Shown: piece after piece, positions 1-7,826 of the stretch
Numbering within the stretch: the first letter of the stretch is position 1
How the letters are laid out: the number at the start of each line of letters is the position of its first letter
Origin: Trypethelium eluteriae
Taxonomy: Eukaryota
Length of the DNA: 20,000 nucleotides
Reading direction: 5' to 3'
Assembly (NCBI GenBank): GCA_051942245.1
Contig: JAVECL010000005.1
Coordinates: 117,828 to 137,827 of the forward strand
The notes under the pieces: model-generated
What the model was told of the DNA's origin: nothing
The model's database searches: none
The model's input: only the letters and a program-made list of their open reading frames with translations
Translations under genes and position numbers: made by a program

Positions 1-88
1 CAAAGTGTACCAAAATCGCCGTCGAGCACCTTACCGTCCCAAAAATGGATATCACAAAGCCACCGTAAGGTTATCGAACACTCAAGAC

Positions 89-3000
89 CTACATAATCAC
101 ACATTCCGCATCATTGCGGTCTTTGTTGCTACGCGACAAGCGCTCCCGATTCTTCTGCACCTTTGGGCCACCCTTCTTCAGTTCTTCGAGACGTTCCTGA
201 GCCTTGGGGAATTTGTATGCTATTCATCAAGGTCAGCCAGCCACCCTGCCCCCCCCGCCATGCAAAGGAATGAATAACGAGCCAGAAAGCAAAGAAAAGG
301 GCAATCAACTCACCAGCAGCCCGTCCATACCACCTCTTCGCCTCCTCCAAACTCCTCGGACACCCAATGCCCACCTCCGTGAAATATCCCATCGCAAACA
401 TCGCCTTTGGCAATGGCACCGGATCCGCCGTGGCCGCCTTCCTCGCCCACAAATACGCCTCGGTATCGCTCTGCTCCAAGATCCCCGGGCTCCCCGTCAA
501 GTACCAACCACTCAGCGCCAGCTCACTCTGGTGCTCGCCCTGCGCCGCCGCCTTCGTATACCACTGGATACTCTGGCGCGCATCGATCGGACACGTCAAC
601 AGCCCATACTCATACGCCTGACCGAGGCGAAACTGCGAGAACTTGTAGCGGAACGCGGCAGCACGCGTGAATAGCTCAAACGCATACGCGTCGTCGCGGA
701 TGATCTTGTCCTGCCCGGGCATCTGCGACTCGTACAGCAGCCCCAGCTCGTGCAGCGCATGCGGGTTCTCCTCGTCGGCGCGGTCCGCCGCGCGCTTCAG
801 CCAGATGAGCGCGTCGCCGAGATTGCGCGCCTGCCCGAGGAGCCCCTTCAGCAGGATCATGCCCACCTTGTACATGGCGGGGACGTCGCCAAGAGCTGCG
901 GCCCGCTTGTACCACTGCACCGCTTTCACCGGGTCCTTGCGCGTGCCCCCGCCGTCTTCCGGCCCCATCTCGCAGCACACGGCGGTGCGGTAGGCGGACG
1001 GGGCGTGTCCGGATTTGGCGGCGGCTTGGTAGAGGGTGAAGGCTTCTTTGGTGTCAACCGCGAGCCCTAGTGCGCCCTGGCCGTAGCAGTCGGCGAGGTA
1101 GAACTGGGCGTCGGGGTAACCTTGCGATGCGAGCTTCTTGATTTCCTTGTGGGCCTCGAGGATGTAGCGTTCGCGGTTCTTGTCGCGAGTCTTGATGTCT
1201 GCGCGACCACCTTCGTCTGAGAGGACGGCAGCGGCTTCGACGAGCTTCTTGGCATAGTGTAAACGGAGTTTCTGATCAGAGGAATTGGCTTTGGCGACAT
1301 TGCGGAGCCGATCAAGTTCTTGGGGTGTGATTGGAGCAGAGCGTCGGCGTTCTTTTGAGGAGCGTGAAGAGGTTGAGGGGGATATTTGGGTCGTGGCAGT
1401 CGGAACAGCAGTGTTCACGCGATTGTACTGTCGGACAGGAGCTGGTCGGTTTTGAGGGAGACCGGTGATGTTGTGTGATAAAGCTGGTCGGACTGGTGGG
1501 GCCTGCTGAGCTGGGGTAGGATGTTCAGGGAGCGCGTCTGGGTTGGGAGGGCGCTCGTCGAGTGAAGGCCGCCCTGTCTGAGATGTGGCGGGTCTTTGGT
1601 AAGGATCTTGCTCGACTGGAGAGAAACCATGTCCAGGGCCAGGATCTGATCGCTGACTCTGCCAAGTCTGATTGCGACTCAGACCTGGTTGAGGTGGAGA
1701 GATAGGACTTTGTATATTCCGACTCTGAGGTGTATACACTTGGCGTGGCGGTAAAGCAGATGGTGCAGTGGCAATCTGAGGAGGAACAGGTCCTCGGTTC
1801 TGAGCTAGCGCAGCATACGCTGGTCGGGCATAGACGTTGCTGTTCTGCTGAGATGGAGGTGAACCCGCGCCTCCGAAATCGCGATTTGGCATGCCCTCGG
1901 GCGATCCAACAGCATGGTTCTGCCGCGGGTCTGCGCGCGACTGACTCCGTAAATCTGGTTGAGATCTTTGAGAGCGCGCCTGTTGATAAAAGTCTGGTCC
2001 AGGTCTTCCATGATTGGGGGGTAAGGCCGAAACACTGGGATCAGAAGGAGCCTTTGCTCTACGACTCTCACCGACTGGATCGTCAAAGTTTGGCATCTCG
2101 GCCTCTATTTCAGCCTCTCTGTCGCGGAATGGTGGGCTCTTTGCATTACTAAGACGGTTCTCGTAGTAGCCGTCGTACACGTCCTCGATAGTATCTTGTC
2201 GGGCATGCCCGCCGTAGGTTTGTTCTGGTGCAAATTGCTGAGGGCGCTTATTAGGTCCACGAGCTTGTTGCGCACTAAACCCACCTTGTGGGGGAGAAAA
2301 GTTCTGATAGCTACGTGGAGCATATCCCGGACTATCTGGCCCATGATAAGTCGCAGCTTGGCTTTTGTCCGGCACGTGGGCCTGTCGTGAGCGTGGTATT
2401 TCGCTAGCACCTTCAAGAGGCGACGTTAGCGATCGGCCTATCGGACCACTTATAAGGGGCTCGATGGCTGAATTTGGCTCTTGAGGGTTTGGATAATGCC
2501 CATTGGGGTTCTGACGGGGTCTGTAACCAGCTTGCGTCTGAATTGGGGGTGGCTGATTAAGGCCTCCACGTTTTCCATTATTTACACCATGGCCATTCAC
2601 TCCTCTGGGATCATTCGGATAATTCTGAGGCCGTTCAGCGCTATCTAAACTAGGTCGAGGCCTATTCGAAGATGCAAAAGAGGGACGTGGTAGATCCTCA
2701 CTGTGACGAGCTGGTTGTAAGGATGTGTTAGCCATACTATCTTCGATGGCATCTGTTTCATTTTTCATAGGCTTTTTCTTCATCGGAAACGTAGGAAAGG
2801 GGTTATCCCAAGCTAATGTTTCTGGCGAGGGTTCAATCATTGGCTTGCCTTTATCTCCTAATTAGTAGCATGCCAATTAGCTTCGTGCATAACGTAACTC
2901 ACGAGATCTGGATTTATCGCGAGGATCCCGCCGGTCTTTAGGTCGTGATGGATCAGCTTGGCGGCCCCTTTCACCTGGCCCATCGCTTTGTGACCTTCCA

Positions 3001-3626
3001 TATCCTGGTCTTTGAAGAGCGCCGCTGGTAGAATCAGACTGGTTGCTAAACCCTTGATTTTCCTGATGAAGTGGAGATCTTTGTTGGCGTTTCTGCTGGT
3101 ACGGAGCTTGCTGCGGCGCTGGACCTCGAGGTTGAGGCTGGCCATACGAGCCATCATTCCGCATTTGCTGCGGAGGTGGTCTCTGCTGGTACTGCTCATT
3201 CATGTTGCCATACCCAGCATTCCTTTGCAGTCCGTCGTAGACATTGGAATAATTTTCATTATTCCTTGCCTCATGTCCATAACCATCGTTGTGAACATCT
3301 CTATAGTCGTTATAGTCATTGCCATCGTATCCCCTGTAGCCGCCATTCTCATAGTTCTCATAGCCTCCGTTGCTATGGCCATCATAACCGTTAGTCGCAT
3401 GACTATCGTACCCGTTATTGCCGTAATCTTGTTGGTAGTTGCCCTCGTAAGTTTGCTGCCTCTGCCCGTACCCTCCAGAACTGCCATTATATTGCTGCTG
3501 CGGAGGTGGCGCTCTGCGAGCTTGGGATTGAGGGCCAGGTCGGGGGCCAGGCTGTGGTTCAGAACTTTTGCTGCTGTAGTAGCGGCGATTTGGCGGCTGA
3601 TATGCCATTTGCTCGTTGTATGCCAT
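89..3626 (-). CDS. CHS4: Chitin synthase III activator, Sel1-repeat protein (Chs4/Skt5 family), ~1132 aa; exons complement(3626-2903, 2857-314, 219-89)
   Basis: Sel1-like repeats (AQFYLADCYGQG, AVQWYKRAAALGDVPAMYKVG, SELALSGWYLTG, AKRWYGRAA). Intron 1: GTGAGT at 2902, TAG acceptor ending 2858 (an in-frame AAG acceptor ending 2849 is an alternative). Intron 2: GTGAGT at 313, GCTGAC branch 237-232, TAG ending 220. The spliced last exon reads AYKFPKAQERLEELKKGG...NDAECVIM*, ending in the CaaX box typical of Chs4. Confidence 0.93.
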
Positions 3627-4493
3627 AGCTAAGGTCTTGGAGGTCTCCAGCAGGCGACCTGGATCTGCAATACTTCGCCCTCTGGGAATCGTTCAGCGAG
3701 ACAGGAACCAAATTCGAGGCTCTTGGGCCATAAGGAGCGTATGAAAAGAACGAGTGTTATAAACGAGCGGCACCGACGAGGCTTGTAAAGAGAAGGAAAC
3801 GAGGGTAACCCCGCAGGGCAGGCAAGCTCCTTAGGCACTGCAGAACGGGCGGTGATCAAAGCTGGCCAAGGATGATGAAGTCAAGGACAAACAGGTTGGA
3901 GCTGTCGAAACCGAGTCGCAGCAAACCCCCCAAGCAGTAACACAGTCAGCGAAGTCACTAGTTTATTGCGGGACGGTTCTTCATGCGCACGCCACGGGAC
4001 CGGGGCCATTCGCAACCGGTGTTCATGAGGTCAGGGGATGCATCAAAGGGCCCATGAGCAAGGCGACTGGCTAGATTGGTGGGCGAATTGGTGGTCCCGA
4101 CGAGATGAAGCGAGGTTGGGTTTCACGTCTGCGCAATGTTCGCATACGAGCAGACAGAGCAACAAGGACCGGCGGAACCTTGGGACCCGGCTTGAAGCTT
4201 TGCTTTGCCGCCGTTGTCCAATCAACCTCGAGCAGTCACTGCAGCCGTCGGCACCGCCACAGTCTGGATCGCGATCTCTCTCACCAGCCACATCCACATT
4301 CTCCTAGTGTCCCTGAGCAGATGTGGCGCAGCCTTCCGCAAATCTTGATGACGACGACCCTCACGGCTATCTGGGCACGCTGGGATATCCAGCAAGAAAC
4401 AACCTTTCCACCCACGATCTGATCCACCTCACGACTCTTTAATCTCGATCTCCATCAACTCTATTGGTCCTTTTAGTGCTCCAATCCGCCACG

Positions 4494-5102
4494 ATGCCGG
4501 CCACCGGCACTTGGGTTAAGATGGCTGTAGTGTAAGTTCCCAGTATGAGGAAACGCTGAAATCCATTCTGCGTGCCTGCTCTGTGGTGTAAACCATGTAA
4601 TAACACCCTCGCTACAAAGTACTGTGGCCATGTGCGTTGGCGGACCAGCCCTCGTATACTACGTAACTCCTACTGAAGAGGAGCTTTTCAAAGTAAGCAT
4701 GCGATCGTGACAACCCGTGATCCCATCTGTTTCTCATCTCTTTGCGTATAGAAATATAATCCTGAGCTACAAAAGCGATCGTTAGAAAACCGTCAGGCGC
4801 GACAGCAAGAGTTTGATGACTACGTGAACAAACTAAAGGAATGGTCCAGGTCGGATAAACAAAGTAAGACCTTGTTACGTCACCCATGTTACGATCCTAT
4901 AGCTAAATATTGTTGTCTAGTCTGGTTTGCCGCTGAGGAAATGGCAGAAAAGTAAACGCCTGTCTTTGCTTAACCTAGCGCATCTACTAATTGTTGTAGG
5001 GCGAGAATGGAGCAAAAAGACAAGATCCTTGATGAGCAAAATAGACTTGCTGCCGAGGTTGAGCGGCGGAGAAAGGAGATGAGGGACTCGACTGTCAAAT
5101 GA
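4494..5102 (+). CDS. CBP4: Mitochondrial cytochrome bc1 (complex III) assembly factor Cbp4, 118 aa; exons 4494-4531, 4620-4692, 4752-4863, 4921-4951, 5000-5102
   Basis: Manual splicing (donors GTAAGT 4532, GTAAGC 4693, GTAAGA 4864, GTAAAC 4952; acceptors ending 4619, 4751, 4920, 4999) gives one open frame: [118 protein letters not shown]. The W-x-[15 protein letters not shown]...PEL and SDKxIW motifs are characteristic of Cbp4. Confidence 0.9.
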
Positions 5103-5362
5103 TGCGGCGAGTGCCGTCATTCATATTCGGTCGCTCTGAAATGTTGTACTATCAGGAAATGTTACCATGTATCAAAATTCGGAAGGAAATCATGTTAGCT
5201 AACTAAAGACCAAGGCAAATTGGGAGCCTAGGAGTCTTGTATACCCCAAATAAATTGAAGTCGAAGGTGGCCAGAAGTTGTTTGCCAAATGTTTTGAAGA
5301 GACTCTGGAGTCTCGGAGAAGACAGCCCCGAGAAAGAAAAGCATCGATCAATCCTCTCACGT

Positions 5363-6532
5363 TTAATTTTCAAGGTCGCTTTCCATCTTGACTTTAGCCT
5401 CTCTTTTACGCAACTCCTTTTCAGCGCTTTCTCTCTTAATTTCTCCTCGAATTCCTGTCTCACTCTCCTCCTTCATGATCTCCCTCTTTTCCGCTTCTCC
5501 ACCTTGCAACCCATCCTCATGTCTTCCCTTCTCCTCGCTCTCTTCGGCCTTAGTCTCTTGCTCCATTAACAAACTGTTCAACACGGCTTCACTCTTCACC
5601 AACGCATCTGTCATTGGCCCCTCTCTATGGTTCTCCTCATCTTCCGCGATTCCTTGATATCGTTCATGCGCCTCCCGATAGAGCACATCAAAGCTAAATT
5701 CAAGGCTTTCCCACTCTCCTGGCCACGCGCTCTTCACGATCTTCTTTGGCCTCTCATCCATCGTTTCCGGTTCCACTTTAGAACGTACTACGTCAGTTTG
5801 TGTCTTTCTTGCCGGACCGACGAAGAGTTTAATAGAGTCCGACGCACCAGCACTTTGTATTGGAACCCCACTTCTATCTTTTTCAGGCCACGAATTTGCT
5901 GCGGCAGGCTTCTGCCTGAGACGACCACCCGCAACGCGATTCGAGTCGTAACTCGCTGACGAATGCATCAAGAATTCCTCGTCGTCATCCGCAGACGCTA
6001 GTGTCGGCGTACGCTGGTTCCCTTCCACTTTCTTCAACACAAGCCCTAATCTCTTCGCAACAAGCGTGAAGTGCCGACCATCCCTCATATCTTGCTCCTG
6101 AACTTCAGCCCTTACCCGGTCTTGGAGCGCCTTCAGTTCCTGTTTCGGTGCGTTCTCATACTCGCTCTGACCGCGCATTTCTTTCATGCGCTTGTAGAAA
6201 ATATTCATCCTGTTGTTGCGAGCTTTTCTGACTTTTTGGAGCCGAGCCATGTAGTCATCATTCGAGCAGCCAGGGGGGGCATCAAACATGTTTAGTAGCA
6301 CCCTTGGGATAGGAAAACTTTCTGTCTTAGGCTTTTTGTGAATCGTGGGTTCGGGCTTTGTTTCTGGTTCATATTCGGTTGGCGTGGGAGTAGTGGACTC
6401 ATCGGGAGGGAGCGGAGAGGATTGAGGTCGCGATGGCGGGGGAGAAAGTGGTTCCTCTTTAATGCCGTCGAAGAATTCTTCGTCATCGTCTACGGCATTG
6501 AGATCGAGTCCAGTAGTACTGTGCGTTTCCAT
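5363..6532 (-). CDS. Hypothetical acidic/charged protein, 389 aa, possibly nuclear
   Basis: Uninterrupted 1170-nt ORF with an upstream in-frame stop at 6562-6560. Pro/Glu-rich N-terminus, basic helical segment (YMARLQKVRKARNNRMNIFYKRMKEMR) and Glu/Lys-rich C-terminus. No family recognised. Confidence 0.7.
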   Translation of the reverse strand: METHSTTGLDLNAVDDDEEFFDGIKEEPLSPPPSRPQSSPLPPDESTTPTPTEYEPETKPEPTIHKKPKTESFPIPRVLLNMFDAPPGCSNDDYMARLQKVRKARNNRMNIFYKRMKEMRGQSEYENAPKQELKALQDRVRAEVQEQDMRDGRHFTLVAKRLGLVLKKVEGNQRTPTLASADDDEEFLMHSSASYDSNRVAGGRLRQKPAAANSWPEKDRSGVPIQSAGASDSIKLFVGPARKTQTDVVRSKVEPETMDERPKKIVKSAWPGEWESLEFSFDVLYREAHERYQGIAEDEENHREGPMTDALVKSEAVLNSLLMEQETKAEESEEKGRHEDGLQGGEAEKREIMKEESETGIRGEIKRESAEKELRKREAKVKMESDLEN

Positions 6533-7826
6533 ACTGAAGAATTCTTTTATTACGAGGACCTACTTTTAGGATTTCGGTGCGAGGCGCTTTGATGCTGCCG
6601 TCGAATGCTATATCTAAAATATGTCAACTTGCTTGAACCGTGCGAAGGAGGTTGTTATCTATTCGTCAGATAGTCACTCACTTCATGGACGGCTCTAAGT
6701 ACTGTAGACTCGCTTCAGATAATTCAGGTGAGCTGGTATCCAGTGAGGAATGGCAGGTGAAAGAGGAAGGTTCGAATTGAGATATCCAAAAAGCTCCGAA
6801 CTGGTGGAAGAGAAGATTGTTGATGGGGACTAACTCTCTCCCGAGATGAAGAAGTGAAGTCACACGAAATAGATAGTAAAAAGAATCAACCTGCTTTGTT
6901 AGGGATCATAGTGACTTGAATCGCTCCAAGTGAGCAAAGGGTAAAATGGTGAAGATTGTATGACAGGTAGGGAGAGGTTAATTCCATGAGAGCCTGAATC
7001 GGGTAAGTAGGAGAGTGAAGCGAAGTCCGAAGAGGGAAAGAGGCGGATGCGAGTGAGATGAGCAAGAAATACTTGAGAGACAAGTAATTGAAGCCTGATC
7101 ATTGATTTCAGAAACAGTTAAAGACTTCGGTGGACTTCGCCACTCAATCCCATGGTCAAGATCATGAGAGATGAGTATGGATCTTGGCAACTCTCGAAGA
7201 ACGGGAGACCCAGGAGATACCGTAGAAAGTGGACTAAGATCCTCTGCCGTCGTAAGGTGCGCTTCAGGCTCCTGAGAGAACATTGGCTTGGAGCGCGAGT
7301 ATCGACTCAAATAATTGTCTACGTCTGTACAGACTCATCTAAACTTCCGTACTTTTATGAGAACAAACGAGCTATGTTCCTAACGTGGACGAGCAGATTT
7401 CCACGTGTTGCCGCGTATTCTGTGCAGACTTTTCCATAGTTTGAAAGAAAATTCTTCAAGGGAACCATGCGGTATTGGGCGGCTCTGCCTATAGCGGAGT
7501 TGAGGGAAGACGCATTCAGTAGCAAAATCAGCCAACAGTGCCATGGTGTGAGGGTCTGGTTCTAGCCTGCTTAGGATGCGCCGTATGTGTAGCATTCATA
7601 ATCGATCAAAGTATCTAGCATTGATGTCAAGAAAATATAGACGCGAAGCGGCAGCACTGATGCCAGGAATGTAAAGAAAGGAGGTACGAGTGAAATGAAA
7701 AGGGGGTATCTGGGCCAAACTATGACCACACAGAAAGTAATACGATCTCTAAGAGACATGACCAGTCAGACACTAATTATTCCAGAAAGTAGTATTAAGA
7801 AGCACTTGAGGCTAGTAAAGCCGCTA

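Noticed and set aside
204..1315. Many overlapping ORFs on both strands within the CHS4 Sel1 region (also within RAD1 and antisense to LAS17)
   Set aside because: Shadow ORFs caused by high GC and codon bias of the real genes; no recognisable protein features.
4267..4276. 10-bp palindrome GATCGCGATC (and CCGCC-TAGC-GGCGG at 14221-14234)
   Set aside because: Short inverted repeats of this size are expected by chance in 20 kb.
4867..4879. AGACCTTGTTACG, complementary to the 18S rRNA 3' end like the U13/snR45 guide, with TTGATGA upstream and CTGA downstream
   Set aside because: It lies inside the 57-nt CBP4 intron 3, overlapping the donor site. The apparent C and D boxes are CBP4 codons, and the intron is too short to host a snoRNA.
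5203..5463. Alternative-frame K/E/R-rich ORF suggesting a frameshift in the 389-aa gene
   Set aside because: Purine-rich sequence gives K/E/R in several frames; no slippery site or homology support.
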